DNA of 64,000 nucleotides, from positions 12,844 to 76,843 of the forward strand of contig CAWHHF010000023.1 in assembly GCA_963829105.1 (NCBI GenBank), in the 5' to 3' direction. Shown here piece by piece: positions 1 through 12,326 of this stretch. Below the pieces are notes generated by a model, which saw only the letters and a program-made list of their open reading frames with translations, did no database searches and had not been told where the DNA came from. Every line of letters starts with the position of its first letter. The stretch's first letter is position 1. The translations under genes and the position numbers were made by a program. Source of the stretch: an uncultured Chloroflexia bacterium. GTDB lineage: Bacteria; Chloroflexota; Limnocylindria; Limnocylindrales; CSP1-4.

Positions 1-532
1 CCGCATCGACCGCGGCCGCCTCGGCGAGGATCGACCGGATCTGGGCGTCGAGCGCATCCGCATCCCGGTTCGCCCGCTCGGAGGCGGAGGCGGCGAGCCT
101 GGTGCCGTCGAGGGCGACGAGGCCCAGCGAGCCGAGACCCGCCGCGGCGCACAGGCGCAGGACCTGGCCGAACAGGTCGCCCAGGGCGGCCTCGTGCTCG
201 GCCCGGAAGCGGGCGATCGTGGCGTGGTCGGGGGCCGCGTTGGCGGCGATCACGCGGTACGCGACGTCGCGCCGGCAGCGGGCCTCGATCCGCCGGGAGG
301 AACGCTCCCCGGTCGCGTAGGCGTACAGCAGGAGCGCCGTCATCATCGCCGGGTCGTACGCAGGGGCCCCGTGCCCGTCGGCCCGGTACCGGGCGCGGAT
401 CGCCGCGAGGTCGAACTGGTCGACCGCGTCCAGCACGACCCACGCGAGGTCGTCCTCGGGCAGCCAGTCGCGCAGCGAGGGCGGCATCAGGAACTGCTGG
501 TCCCGCTCCACCGGCCGGAAGTTGTACCCCAT
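1..532 (-). mobile_element. IS1182/IS5-like transposase gene, 5' part (continues past the left window edge)
   Basis: It is absent from the ORF track because it is open at the window edge. The reverse-strand ATG at 532 gives MGYNFRPVERDQQFLMPPSLRDWLPEDDLAWVVLDAVDQFDLAAIRARYRADGHGAPAYDPAMMTALLLYAYATGERSSRRIEARCRRDVAYRVIAANAAPDHATIARFR..., which matches the conserved N-terminal (DUF772-type) region of IS1182/IS5-family transposases. Confidence 0.7.
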
Positions 533-603
533 CCCGCCCCGCCTCCATCTGGACAGACCGTCACCGGGAATCGTAGCTGCGTGGGCGTTCTCAAGGGGGG
601 TTT

Positions 604-1016
604 ATGCGACAGGCTCTGGGTGGCGACGAATTCGGTCATCCCGCGGTCGGTCACTGGCTGCGGGGCGTGCATGTCGCCTGGGTGGCGACAGACTCGGGCA
701 TCCCGCGGCCTCCTGCGCTTCGCGGTTGGCGCATGTCGCCCGGGTGGCGACACTTCCGAGCCCTCGCGACTGGATTTGGGCCGCCACTCGGCGGCCGGGC
801 CGGAATTCATCGACCTGGAGGCGACACCGGGGCGACCGGGGCTGGTCGGGCCGCGGTCCGGTCGCCGGGACCGGATCCATCGCCATGGGTCCATCGCCTT
901 GGGGATCGATCGCCTCGGAGGCCACACTCCGGGGACCTCGAGGCTGGGTTCGGGCCGCCACTCGTCGGCCGGGCCCGGGTTCATCACCTCGGGCGAGATA
1001 GGCTGGCGACCGAGGC
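604..1016. repeat. Non-coding field of degenerate ~60 bp repeats and GC hairpins between the transposase start and the pyrG 3' end
   Basis: There are three copies of atg(t/c)cgcc-NGGGT-ggcgac(a/g) units (about 604, 669 and 731), two of which form GTCGCC-N5-GGCGAC hairpins (673..689, 735..751). There are also two copies of gggccgccactcg(g/t)cggccgggcc..ttcatc...ggcgaccg (about 778 and 951). ORFs here are Arg/Gly/Pro-rich shadow frames. Confidence 0.6.
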
Positions 1017-1053
1017 CAGCCCGCCGCACCCTCAGGAGGCGGAGGCGGTCTCC

Positions 1054-2787
<1,734 letters not shown>

Positions 2788-2935
2788 CTACCGAATCGGG
2801 AACCCCCGGACAAGGATTCCGGGGTTGCGATCCGGTGTCGATGGATGGTCGCCGCGCGTCGCGACCGGCTTGTGCCGTCGGGGTGCCCGGCGAGCGTGGA
2901 ACCAGCACGGCGAGCCACGGCATCCCGAATAGGGC

Positions 2936-3901
2936 TCAGGCGCGTGCGATCAGCCTCGCCCGCAGGCTCGCGGGCAGCACCGTTCTCCGGCGCGTCAGGT
3001 ACAGCCCCAGGATGATCACGGCGCCGCCGGCCACCTGGGCCGGGCGGATCGGCTCCGCCAGGAACAGCGCGCCCATGATGACCGCGCCCACCGGGACCAG
3101 GAGCTGGTTGACCGTTGCCCGGGTCGGCCCGATATACCGGATCGCGTTGAAGACCAGGACGTTGGCCGTTCCCGCCGCGAGGGCGCCCGAGTAGAGAATG
3201 GCCGCCATCGCCGTCCACGTCACCGCGACCGGGGGCGAGGTGAGGAGCTCCCAGCCGCCCAACGGGACCAGGAGCAGGGTCCCGCCCAGCACCGCCCAGG
3301 CGGTGGCCTGGAGCGGATCGACGACCCGAAGCATTCTCGTTCCGATGACCGTGTAGACCGCCCACAGGCAGGCTGCCAGGAGCGTCAACGCATCGCCGGC
3401 CAGCGAGGCCCCCAGCGCGAGATCGTGGCCGCCGGCGATCACGAGGGCGACCCCCGCGAACGCGATCAGGGCGCCGGCGAGCTTTGGCGTCGTCAGCCGG
3501 TCCATCCCGATGGCCCCGGCCAGCAGCGCCACCAGGACGGGTGAGGCCGCGATGATAAGCGCGGAGTCGCCCGCGGTGATCTGGGTGAGCCCCAGGGTCC
3601 AGGCGACCTGGTAGCACCCGAAGCCCAGCATGCCCAGGGCGATCAGCCGCAGGGTGAGCCCGGTGGGCCGGCGGATGACCCCCATGCGCCAGCGGACCAG
3701 CAGGAACAGCGTGACGCTGGCGACGACGTACCGGATGGCCGTGAAGGTCAGCGGGCCCAGGTCACCGATCGCCGCCTTGACGACGACGAAGTTGGCCGAC
3801 CAGATGAGGACCGTGAGCAGGACGCCGGCCTCGGCCAGCCGCCGGTCACGCGCCGAGGCGCCGGCGACGCGGTCGGACGGGGCACCCGCGGGCGCAGACA
3901 C
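2936..3901 (-). CDS. EamA/DMT-family transporter
   Basis: 321 aa and polytopic, with two EamA-like halves (LLTVLIWSANFVVVKAAI...TAIRY). GTG start. Confidence 0.8.
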   Translation of the reverse strand: MSAPAGAPSDRVAGASARDRRLAEAGVLLTVLIWSANFVVVKAAIGDLGPLTFTAIRYVVASVTLFLLVRWRMGVIRRPTGLTLRLIALGMLGFGCYQVAWTLGLTQITAGDSALIIAASPVLVALLAGAIGMDRLTTPKLAGALIAFAGVALVIAGGHDLALGASLAGDALTLLAACLWAVYTVIGTRMLRVVDPLQATAWAVLGGTLLLVPLGGWELLTSPPVAVTWTAMAAILYSGALAAGTANVLVFNAIRYIGPTRATVNQLLVPVGAVIMGALFLAEPIRPAQVAGGAVIILGLYLTRRRTVLPASLRARLIARA

Positions 3902-3984
3902 GGAGACGCCCGCCGGAACGGCGGGCGTCGGACGAGGGTTCGAAGGTTCGGCAGGATCAGCGCCCGCCGGTGAGGGCGCGGCGA

Positions 3985-4146
3985 TCAGGCGCCTTCCTGC
4001 TCGAGCTCCAGCGCCTCCTCGTCGTCCTCCTCGGTCAGCTTCAACCAGACGAACAGCCCGGCCAGCACGGTCAGGGGGATGACGATCAGTGCGCCCAGGG
4101 TGATCCCGAGCGCGACGGCAACGGTCCGAAGCGCCTTCATGGGCAT
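3985..4146 (-). CDS. Small single-pass membrane protein with acidic tail (hypothetical)
   Basis: Below the ORF-track size cutoff. AGGAGG lies 3 nt before the ATG at 4146 and 9 nt before a second ATG at 4140. Translation: MPMKALRTVAVALGITLGALIVIPLTVLAGLFVWLKLTEEDDEEALELEQEGA. Confidence 0.4.
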   Translation of the reverse strand: MPMKALRTVAVALGITLGALIVIPLTVLAGLFVWLKLTEEDDEEALELEQEGA

Positions 4147-4201
4147 GGGCCTCCTTGCTACGACGTGACAGCCATGATTGTGCCCGTTGCCGGGCGGCCT
4201 G

Positions 4202-4723
4202 TCACGAGCCGGGCTTGGGGGCAGGTGTCCGGAGCTTGGGGGCCTGGGTCACCAGGTTGACCACGTCGTCCCGGGTGAACTCGGCCAGCTGGTGGTGTGC
4301 GCCCGCCTGGCCCGCGACCAGGAGGCGGATCACGTATGACCCATCCTGCTCGAACAGGAAGACGTCCTTCGGCCGCTGCTCGTCCATCCAGCGCCCGATG
4401 ACGCGGAGCGCGTGCTCGTAGGCGCTGGCCGCCGTGCCCATCACGGTCTCCGGCACCGCGCCGGAACCACGGCGCGCGGCTGCCTCCTCCATGAACTTCG
4501 CGATGTCGTCGTCGAGGAAGCTCAGCGTCTCCTTGGACACGGTCCCGACGGTGTCGGACCAGGCGCCGTGGGCGGCCCCCGCTGCGACGAGGCCCTGCAC
4601 CACGAAGCCGTCGGGCACCTCGAGCAACAGGATGTCCCGCATGCCCCTCGCGTCCAGGAACACGCCGATCGACCGGAAGACCTCCTCGAAGTCCTGCCTC
4701 GGGCTGCCGTCGTAGATCCGCAT
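4202..4723 (-). CDS. Hypothetical protein with an internally duplicated ~70 aa module
   Basis: 173 aa with coding-like composition. Module 1 (FEEVFRSIGVFLDARGMRDILLLEVPDGFVVQGLVAAG) resembles module 2 (YEHALRVIGRWMDEQRPKDVFLFEQDGSYVIRLLVAGQ). I do not recognise the family. Confidence 0.55.
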   Translation of the reverse strand: MRIYDGSPRQDFEEVFRSIGVFLDARGMRDILLLEVPDGFVVQGLVAAGAAHGAWSDTVGTVSKETLSFLDDDIAKFMEEAAARRGSGAVPETVMGTAASAYEHALRVIGRWMDEQRPKDVFLFEQDGSYVIRLLVAGQAGAHHQLAEFTRDDVVNLVTQAPKLRTPAPKPGS

Positions 4724-4972
4724 GGCTGCTCCTCGCTGCGGCGCCCACCCCCGGGGCGACGACCGGGCCGCTGCGAGCCGGTGGTCCGGCCGAGCCGACC
4801 TCGATCCGTGGCGCGTCGTTCGCTGGACCGGAAGATCACGGTCGAAGCGAGTGTAGTGACCGCCCCGGCCACAGACAAGACGGCCGTGAACGCGATGTCG
4901 TCGGCCGCGATCGCAAACCCGTCCGTGGGCGCCGCTCCGGTGACGGCGGTCAACAGGGGAAGGGCGCGCCGG

Positions 4973-5905
4973 TCAGTCGGCGAGCGCGACCGCCAGCTCG
5001 CCCGCGACGCGCGCGTTGTTGACGATCAACGCCGTGTTGGCGGCGACGGACGCGCCGTTGGTGATGGCCGCCACACGCGCCAGCAGCCAGGGCGTCACGG
5101 CCGGACCGGTGATCCCCGCCATGTCCGCCTCGTGGACCGCCCGGGCGATGGCCTCGCGGGCGACGGCGTCGGGCAGGGCGTCCGCCTCCGGCACCGGGGC
5201 GCAGAGCAGGAGCCCGGAGCCCAGCCCCAGCGATTCATGCGCCCGCACGACGGCGGCGGCGGCCGCGACATCGGGCACGGACTGGGGCGCCCGGATGCCG
5301 CTCCCCCGCGAATAGAACCCGGGCAGCTCGTCGGTGCCGATGGCCAGCACCGGGACGCCGTGCGTCTCGAGGTACTCCAGCGTCAGCGGCACGTCGAGGA
5401 TCGCCTTGGGGCCCGCGCACACCACCGTGACCGGGGTGCGGGCCAGCTCGCCGAGATCGGCGGAGATGTCGAAGGTGGGGTGTGCGCCGCCCAGCGCACC
5501 ACGGTGAACCCCGCCGATGCCACCGGTTGCGAAGACCCGGATCCCGGCGGCGTGGGCGGCGATCATCGTGGCCGAGACCGTGGTGGCTCCCCAGCCGCCC
5601 GAAGCGATCGCCGCGCCCAGGCTCGGCCGCGCAACCTTGCGCACCGACCCGCGCGGGGCCGTCGCAAGCGCCTCCAACTCGTCCCCCGAGAGGCCGACCA
5701 GGATCCGGCCGTCGTGGATGGCCACGGTCGCGGGGACCCCGCCGGCGGACCGGACGGCGTCCTCCGAGGCGGTGGCGACCTCGATGTTGTGCGGGTACCC
5801 GAACCCGTGGGTGATGAGCGTGGACTCGAGGACGACGACCGGCCGGCCGTCGCGCAGGGCGTCGGCGACCTCGGGGGCGATGGCGATGCGGTCGGGGCTG
5901 AGCAT
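4973..5905 (-). CDS. psuG: Pseudouridine-5'-phosphate glycosidase
   Basis: MLSPDRIAIAPEVADALRDGRPVVVLESTLITHGFGYPHN... is typical PsuG. The internal ATG at 5905 gives the usual ~310 aa length, whereas the 388 aa track ORF has an Arg-rich non-coding-like extension. Confidence 0.9.
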   Translation of the reverse strand: MLSPDRIAIAPEVADALRDGRPVVVLESTLITHGFGYPHNIEVATASEDAVRSAGGVPATVAIHDGRILVGLSGDELEALATAPRGSVRKVARPSLGAAIASGGWGATTVSATMIAAHAAGIRVFATGGIGGVHRGALGGAHPTFDISADLGELARTPVTVVCAGPKAILDVPLTLEYLETHGVPVLAIGTDELPGFYSRGSGIRAPQSVPDVAAAAAVVRAHESLGLGSGLLLCAPVPEADALPDAVAREAIARAVHEADMAGITGPAVTPWLLARVAAITNGASVAANTALIVNNARVAGELAVALAD

Positions 5906-6017
5906 TGGATGGAGGGTACGTCGGCGGCGACGCCGACGCGACGTGCATCCGGCGATCACGCGGTACCCGGGTGCATCCGGCGACGGCGCCATGCGCCGGC
6001 GCGGTAGGCTGCATCGC

Positions 6018-8051
6018 ATGGCCGACCAGATGCGCCGGGCTCCCCGGCTTCCCACACCCGAGACGCTCCGCAGCCAGGTGGTCCTCGAGGAGCACGACCT
6101 CGCGCCCGACGGCTCGTTCGCCGTGGTCTCGCGGCGCATCGTGGAGGGCGACCACTACACGTCGGGCCTGTGGCTCGTGCCGATCTCGGCGCGTGACCGT
6201 GGCAGCGCCCTCCGCCGCCTGACCCGCGGCCACGTCCGCGACACCCGGCCCGCCATCTCCCCGGACGGCCGGCGCGTCGCGTTCGCCCGGGAGCCCGCCG
6301 GCGACGATGACGCCCCTACATCACTGCTGGTCATGGACCTCGACGGCGGGGAGCCGCTGGTGCTGCCGATCGGCGACCTGTCAGTGCGCGAGCTCGCGTG
6401 GTCGCCGGACGGCCGGCGGATCGCGTTCACCGCCAGGACCGACCCGCAGCGGTTCATCGTGGGACCGGTCCCGAAGGCCGGCGAGCCTCGCGCTCGCCGC
6501 ATGACCACGCTCGACTACCGGTGGGACGAGACCGGCTACATCGACCGGGTGCGACAGGTGCACGTAGTGGCAGCGGGGGAGGTCGGACGAGCGCGTCGCC
6601 TGACGAGCCTCGAGGGCGGCGTCTCGGACATCGCGTGGCGTCCGGACGGCAGGGCCATCGCGTTCACCGCGGACCCTCGGGAGCACGCGGACCGCAAGCC
6701 GCGATCATCGATCTGGGAGGTGCCGCTCGCGGGCGGCGAGCCCCGCGAGATCCTGGCGCTGGCCGGCCCCGTCAGGTCAGCGGCCTACTCGCCGGACGGC
6801 CGCTGGATCGCGGGGATCGGCGTGGACGACCCGGACTTCTTCGACGACCTCTCCCCCACCCTGTACGTTGGCCCGGCGGACGGTTCCGCCGGGCCGGCCG
6901 CCCTGGCCCCTGACCTGGACCGGCCGGTGGGCAACTGGGCGGACACGGACCTGACGGGCTGGATGATCGACAGCCAGCCGGGACCCGCGTGGGACGGCTC
7001 GGACGCGGTGGTCGCCCTCGTCACGAACCACGGGCGGACCCACCCATGGCGCTTTCCCTTCGACCCGACGATCGGCCGGCCCGCCGGCGACGCCGTCCGT
7101 CTGGCGGGGGGCGACGTCATGTGCAACACCATGGCCGCCCGCGGGGGCACCGTTACGGTCACCGCGACCGTCGGACCGCGGCCACCAGAGCTGTGCCTGG
7201 TCACCGGCGGCGGCGAGGTCCGCACCCAGACCACATTGGGATCCTCCTGGATCGACCGCCTCGCCTGGCCGGAGATGCGCGTCGTGGATGCCCCCGGGGC
7301 GGGCGGGCCCATCGAGACATGGATCGCCTCCCCGGCCGGCGCACCGGACGAGCCGCTGCCCACGATCGTCGACGTGCACGGCGGGCCGCTCGGCGCGTGG
7401 TCTCCGGCTCCGAGCCTCGAGGTCGTGCTGCTCTGCGCCCGGGGCTACCGCGTCGTCCTCCCCAACATCCGCGGATCCGCCTCGTACGGTCGCGACTGGA
7501 TCGCCCCGCAGCTGGGCGACTGGGGCGGCCCCGACGCGGATGACGTGCACTCGGCCCTGGACCACGTGGTCGCCCTCGGCCTGGCGGACCCGGACCGGCT
7601 GGGCGCGCTGGGCCTCTCGTACGGCGGCTTCATGGTCAACTGGCTGGTGGGGACGACGGAGCGGTTCCGGGCCGCGGTGTCCGAGAACGGCGTGACCAAC
7701 CAGGTCTCCGCCTGGGCCCACAGCGACAGCGGCCCCGAGTACTGCCGTGCCGCCCGCATGGGCGACCCGACCACGCCCGAGGGCGTGGAGCAGCTGTGGC
7801 GCCAATCGCCGCTGCGGAACGTGGCCCAGGTCCGGACGCCGCTGCTCCTGCTCCAGTCCGAGGCCGACCGCCGCTGCCCGGCCGCGGACAACGAGCAGCT
7901 GTTCATGGCGCTCCGCTGGCTCGGCCGCGAGGTGGAGTACGTCCTGTACCCCGAGGAATTCCACGTGATCCAGGCGGCCGGCCGAATCGACCGCCGCATC
8001 GACCGGATGACCCGGATGCTCGACTGGTTCGACCGCTTCGTGCGTTCGTAG
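6018..8051 (+). CDS. S9-family serine peptidase (prolyl oligopeptidase / acylaminoacyl-peptidase type)
   Basis: An N-terminal WD40-like/beta-propeller region (repeated SPDGR motifs) is followed by a C-terminal alpha/beta hydrolase with the GLSYGGFM nucleophile elbow. The start is taken at MADQMRR. Confidence 0.85.
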   Translation: MADQMRRAPRLPTPETLRSQVVLEEHDLAPDGSFAVVSRRIVEGDHYTSGLWLVPISARDRGSALRRLTRGHVRDTRPAISPDGRRVAFAREPAGDDDAPTSLLVMDLDGGEPLVLPIGDLSVRELAWSPDGRRIAFTARTDPQRFIVGPVPKAGEPRARRMTTLDYRWDETGYIDRVRQVHVVAAGEVGRARRLTSLEGGVSDIAWRPDGRAIAFTADPREHADRKPRSSIWEVPLAGGEPREILALAGPVRSAAYSPDGRWIAGIGVDDPDFFDDLSPTLYVGPADGSAGPAALAPDLDRPVGNWADTDLTGWMIDSQPGPAWDGSDAVVALVTNHGRTHPWRFPFDPTIGRPAGDAVRLAGGDVMCNTMAARGGTVTVTATVGPRPPELCLVTGGGEVRTQTTLGSSWIDRLAWPEMRVVDAPGAGGPIETWIASPAGAPDEPLPTIVDVHGGPLGAWSPAPSLEVVLLCARGYRVVLPNIRGSASYGRDWIAPQLGDWGGPDADDVHSALDHVVALGLADPDRLGALGLSYGGFMVNWLVGTTERFRAAVSENGVTNQVSAWAHSDSGPEYCRAARMGDPTTPEGVEQLWRQSPLRNVAQVRTPLLLLQSEADRRCPAADNEQLFMALRWLGREVEYVLYPEEFHVIQAAGRIDRRIDRMTRMLDWFDRFVRS

Positions 8052-8082
8052 CGGCGAAGTGCCCGGCGAAGGAGACCCAGTC

Positions 8083-9078
8083 TCAGGCGAAGCTGATCTC
8101 GCCCGGCGGGTTGGACATGTGGCGGAGCGCGAGCCGGTTGCCCGCGACAGCGCCGCGCTGCAGGGCCGCCGGCTGCGCCAGCCCCCGGCGCCGAGCCTGG
8201 AGCCAGGCGGCCAGGAAGCCCGCGTCGAACGCGTCCCCGGCGCCCGTGGTGTCGGCCGCCTTGATCGGGGTGGTGGCCACCTCGAAACGGCGGCTCTCCT
8301 GGCCGTCGCGCACCAGGATGTTCGCCCCCTTCCGCCCGCGCTTGACGACCGCAATCGGCGCCAGGCCGAGGAGGCCGTCATCGCGCTTTGCGCCGATGAG
8401 CGCCTTGGCCTCGTCGCGGGTGGCGAACAGCAGGTCAGGAGCGGCCTCCCGGATCAGGGCGAGGGCCGCGCGACGGCCGCCGGCGAGGAGCGGCCCGCTG
8501 GAGGCCAGGTCGACGGTCACGAGGGCGCCCGCCTCACGGGCGAGGCGGATCGCCACCATGCCGGCCCGCCCGAGCGGCTGGTCGAGGAGCGAGTAGGCCG
8601 GAACGTGGACAGCCTCCGCGCCGGCGAACCAGTCCATTCGCAGGTCCTCCGGCCGGAGCCGCAGCGCCGCGCCGCGGTCCGTGACGAACGATCGCTCGCC
8701 GCTCGCCTCGACGAACACGCCGATCCGCCCGGTACGGACGCCCGCGATCCGGACGGCCCTGACCGTGACGCCGTCGGCGGTCAGCGAGGCCGCGAGCGCT
8801 CGCCCGACGGCATCCCGGCCGATCGAGCAGACCAGCGTGCTCCGCGCACCGATCCGTGCCAGCCAGCGGGCGGTGGACGCTGCCGAGCCGCCCTGCCGCA
8901 GGAGCACCCGCCCGGTGATGTCCGTGCCTCGCTCCAGATCCCGGTCCGCAGCGAGGACCACGTCCATCACCAGGTCGCCGACCACGACGATCCGCGGCCG
9001 GTGGACGGCGGGCGGAGGGACCGCGCGAGCGGCGGGGAGGGCGGCGGGGCCGTCTCGCGGCTCGGGGAGGGCGGGCAT
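8083..9078 (-). CDS. PfkB-family carbohydrate/nucleoside kinase
   Basis: [12 protein letters not shown] is near the N-terminus and [17 protein letters not shown] (the PfkB signature) is near the C-terminus. Start at MPALPEP. Confidence 0.8.
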   Translation of the reverse strand: MPALPEPRDGPAALPAARAVPPPAVHRPRIVVVGDLVMDVVLAADRDLERGTDITGRVLLRQGGSAASTARWLARIGARSTLVCSIGRDAVGRALAASLTADGVTVRAVRIAGVRTGRIGVFVEASGERSFVTDRGAALRLRPEDLRMDWFAGAEAVHVPAYSLLDQPLGRAGMVAIRLAREAGALVTVDLASSGPLLAGGRRAALALIREAAPDLLFATRDEAKALIGAKRDDGLLGLAPIAVVKRGRKGANILVRDGQESRRFEVATTPIKAADTTGAGDAFDAGFLAAWLQARRRGLAQPAALQRGAVAGNRLALRHMSNPPGEISFA

Positions 9079-9200
9079 GCCGCAAGGGTACGTCACGCAC
9101 CGCGGTACGATGGGCGCTCGCGGCCGAAGCCGCCGCGCCGAGCGCGCCGCCACGGGGACGCGCCGGCCCCAACCCGTGTCCCGCGCACCCGGAGACAGCG

Positions 9201-11303
9201 ATGACCAGCCCCTCGGACCGCCTCGATTCGCTCGCGGTCAACACGATCCGCACCCTCTCGATCGACGGTGTCCAGAAGGCCAACTCCGGTCACCCCGGGG
9301 CCCCCATGGGCGCGGCGCCGATGGCCTACGCGCTCTGGACGCGCCACCTTCGCCATGCCCCGACACGGCCGGCATGGCCCGATCGTGACCGCTTCGTCCT
9401 CTCCGCGGGGCACGCGTCCATGCTCCTCTACTCTCTGCTCCACCTCACGGGGTACGCGGTCTCGCTGGACGATCTCGAGTCGTTCCGCCAGTGGGGCTCC
9501 ATCACCCCGGGCCACCCCGAGCACGGCCTGACGCCGGGCGTCGAGGCCACCACCGGTCCCCTGGGCCAGGGGCTGGTGAACGCGGTCGGCATGGCCATCG
9601 CGGAGCGCCGGCTCGCGTTCGAGTTCAATCGCCCCGGCCACGACGTCGTGAACCACCGGACGTACGTCATCTGCTCCGACGGCGACCTCCAGGAGGGCAT
9701 CAGCGCCGAGGCGAGCTCCCTCGCAGGCCACCTGAGGCTCGGCAAGCTCATCGCGCTCTACGACGACAACCGGATCCAGCTGGATGGCCCCACGGCCTGG
9801 GCCTTCACGGAGGATGTGCTCGCCCGCTACGCCGCCTACGGCTGGCACGTCCAGCGGGTCGAGGACGGCAACGACGTCGCGGCGATCTCGGCCGCCATCT
9901 CGGCCGCGGAGGCGGAGGACCGTCCCTCGATCATCGCCGTGCACACGCACATCGGCTTCGGCAGCCCCAACAAGCACGATTCGCAGAAGGCGCACGGAGC
10001 CCCGCTCGGCCCGGAGGAGGTCCGCCTCACCAAGGAGGCCTACGGCTGGGATCCGGACAAGACGTTCTTCGTGCCGGACGAGGCGGGCGAGCTGTTCCGC
10101 AGGGCCATCCGCGCGGGCGAGGCGCTGGTCGCGGACTGGGAGGGTCGCCTCGCCGCGTACGCCGCAGACTACCCGACCGAGGCCGCGGAGCTGCGCCGGC
10201 GCGTGTCGGGCTCCCTGCCGGCCGGCTGGGACGGGGCGCTGCCGGCCTACGAGACCGGCTCCGAGGTCGCGACCCGCAACGCCAGCCAGGACGCGATCCA
10301 GGCCCTGGCCGCCGCGCTGCCGGAGCTGTTCGGCGGGTCCGCGGACCTGTCCGAGTCCAACCTGACGGACGTGAAGGCCCTGGGGTACGACCACTTCTCC
10401 GCGGACCATGCCGGGCGGAACCTGCGATTCGGCGTCCGTGAGCACGCGATGGGTGGGATCGCCAACGGCATCGCGTACCACGGGGGCTTCCTCCCGTACG
10501 TGGCGACATTCCTGACGTTCAGCGACTACATGCGGGGCTCCGTGCGGCTCGCCGCCCTCTCCGGGCTCCACGTGACCTACGCCTGGACCCACGACTCCGT
10601 GGGTCTCGGCGAGGACGGCCCCACCCACCAGCCCGTCGAGCACTACGCGGCGCTGCGCGCGATCCCCAACCTGTGGTTCGTCCGCCCCGGCGACGGGAAC
10701 GAGGCGATCGCGGCCTGGGCGCTGGCGGCGGAACGGCCGTCGCTGGCGGATGCCGCTCCCGGACCGGTGGCACTGGCCTTGACCCGCCAGAAGCTGCCGA
10801 CGCTGCCCGGCACGAGGGAGGGCGCCCGCGACGGCGTCCGTCGTGGCGGGTACGTGCTGCGCGAGGCAGGCGGCGGGACACCGGCGCTCATCCTGGTCGG
10901 CACCGGGTCGGAGCTGGCCCTGTGTGCCGCGGCGGCCGATGCGCTCGAGGCGGACGGCATCGCGACCCGCGTCGTGAGCCTCCCGTGCTGGGAGCGCTTC
11001 GAGGCCCAGGATCAGGCGTACCGGGAGAGCGTGCTGCCGGCGGCGGTGCGGAAGCGCCTGACCGTCGAGGCGGGTGTCTCCCTCGGCTGGGAGCGCTGGG
11101 CCGGCGACGAGGGAGCGATCCTCGGCCTGGACCGGTTCGGGGCGAGCGCGCCCGCCGGGACGATCTTCAAGGCCTTCGGGTTCACGGTGGACAACGTGGT
11201 CGACGTGGGGCGCCGCGTGGTCCGGGACGGGCTGCACGGCCGCGTGGGCGCGTCCGATCCGTCCCTCGGCCACCCGCACCGACAGGACGGCCGAGGAGGC
11301 TGA
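9201..11303 (+). CDS. tkt: Transketolase
   Basis: 700 aa. Motifs: [36 protein letters not shown]. Confidence 0.97.
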   Translation: MTSPSDRLDSLAVNTIRTLSIDGVQKANSGHPGAPMGAAPMAYALWTRHLRHAPTRPAWPDRDRFVLSAGHASMLLYSLLHLTGYAVSLDDLESFRQWGSITPGHPEHGLTPGVEATTGPLGQGLVNAVGMAIAERRLAFEFNRPGHDVVNHRTYVICSDGDLQEGISAEASSLAGHLRLGKLIALYDDNRIQLDGPTAWAFTEDVLARYAAYGWHVQRVEDGNDVAAISAAISAAEAEDRPSIIAVHTHIGFGSPNKHDSQKAHGAPLGPEEVRLTKEAYGWDPDKTFFVPDEAGELFRRAIRAGEALVADWEGRLAAYAADYPTEAAELRRRVSGSLPAGWDGALPAYETGSEVATRNASQDAIQALAAALPELFGGSADLSESNLTDVKALGYDHFSADHAGRNLRFGVREHAMGGIANGIAYHGGFLPYVATFLTFSDYMRGSVRLAALSGLHVTYAWTHDSVGLGEDGPTHQPVEHYAALRAIPNLWFVRPGDGNEAIAAWALAAERPSLADAAPGPVALALTRQKLPTLPGTREGARDGVRRGGYVLREAGGGTPALILVGTGSELALCAAAADALEADGIATRVVSLPCWERFEAQDQAYRESVLPAAVRKRLTVEAGVSLGWERWAGDEGAILGLDRFGASAPAGTIFKAFGFTVDNVVDVGRRVVRDGLHGRVGASDPSLGHPHRQDGRGG

Positions 11304-11304
11304 C

Positions 11305-11793
11305 ATGCGCGTGGCGTTCGCGGCGGACCATGCAGGGGCCGCCCTCAAGGACGAGCTGCTGGCCAAGCTGGCGGTCCTGCTGCCCGGCGAGCACGATCTG
11401 CTCGACCTGGGCGGCGACGGCTCCGACCCCGAGGACGACTACCCGGACTTCGCCTGGCTGGTCGGGCAGGCCATCGAGGTCGGGCATGCGGACCGCGGGA
11501 TCCTCATCTGCGGGTCCGGGGTCGGGGCATCGATCGCGGTCAACAAGATGCGCGGCGTCCGGGCGGGCATCTGCCACGACACGTATTCCGCGCACCAGGG
11601 CGTTGAGCACGACGACATGAACGTGCTGGTGCTCGGGGCGCGGGTGGTCGGGGTCGAGCCGGCGGCCGAGTGCGCGGTCGCATTCCTCGGTGCGCGCTTC
11701 TCCGGGGAGCCGCGCCACCGGCGGCGGCTGGACAAGGTGCTGGCGATCGAGGAGGCCTCGATGGGCGAGGCCGCGGTGAGCGAGGAAGGGTGA
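11305..11793 (+). CDS. rpiB: Ribose-5-phosphate isomerase B
   Basis: [18 protein letters not shown]...[56 protein letters not shown] lies upstream, and the start is 1 nt after the tkt stop. Confidence 0.9.
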   Translation: MRVAFAADHAGAALKDELLAKLAVLLPGEHDLLDLGGDGSDPEDDYPDFAWLVGQAIEVGHADRGILICGSGVGASIAVNKMRGVRAGICHDTYSAHQGVEHDDMNVLVLGARVVGVEPAAECAVAFLGARFSGEPRHRRRLDKVLAIEEASMGEAAVSEEG

Positions 11794-12326
11794 GCCAGCC
11801 GCCCGCTGACCGAGCCGACGCGGCGGCCGAGCACGCGGCGGCCGAGGACCTGGCGACCGCGTCGGCGCCACTGGCGCTTGAGTGGATCGATCCCGAGGAG
11901 CTCGAGCCGCCCGACGACCCGGTGGGCGTCGCGATCCGGGAGGCCGACGCCCGCTACGCCCGCGCCCTCGCGACCGCGGACGCCAGCGCCCTGGTGGCGC
12001 TGTTCGAGCCCGACGGCGCGATCATCGACGGCGACGGGCCGGACGCCCTGGGCCACGACGGCCTGCGGGAGATGGCCCACGCAGCCCGCGAGCGGTTCGC
12101 CGACCTCACCTTCGAGATCGACGTCGAGTGGACGAAGGTGGACGGCCTCGACCACGCCGTCGCGTACGCCGCGGGGGTCTGGCGGATGGGGTTCGTGACA
12201 CGCGCGTCCCACGTCGGTGAGATCGGCCGGACCCGTGGCCGCTTCGCGCAGACCTGGCACCGCGGCGCCGACGGCGCCTGGCGCCTGCACCGGGACCTGA
12301 CGCTGACCCGCGAGCCCGACGGGTAG
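11790..12326 (+). CDS. SnoaL/NTF2-like (DUF4440-type) protein
   Basis: [31 protein letters not shown]...[20 protein letters not shown] is an NTF2-fold pattern. The GTG start overlaps the rpiB stop (GTGA). The start position is uncertain. Confidence 0.55.
   Translation: MSQPPADRADAAAEHAAAEDLATASAPLALEWIDPEELEPPDDPVGVAIREADARYARALATADASALVALFEPDGAIIDGDGPDALGHDGLREMAHAARERFADLTFEIDVEWTKVDGLDHAVAYAAGVWRMGFVTRASHVGEIGRTRGRFAQTWHRGADGAWRLHRDLTLTREPDG

Noticed and set aside
673-751. GTCGCC-N5-GGCGAC hairpins in the repeat field, which share their stem with the fdhA SECIS apical stem
   Set aside because: They are not preceded by an in-frame UGA in any credible gene, and their loops differ (TGGGT/CGGGT versus GGTCT). 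The shared stem is a simple GC palindrome, so the resemblance is most likely coincidental.
9093-11366. 757 aa minus-strand ORF antisense to transketolase
   Set aside because: It is a shadow ORF with low-complexity Arg/Gly/Pro content, while the opposite strand encodes a textbook Tkt.
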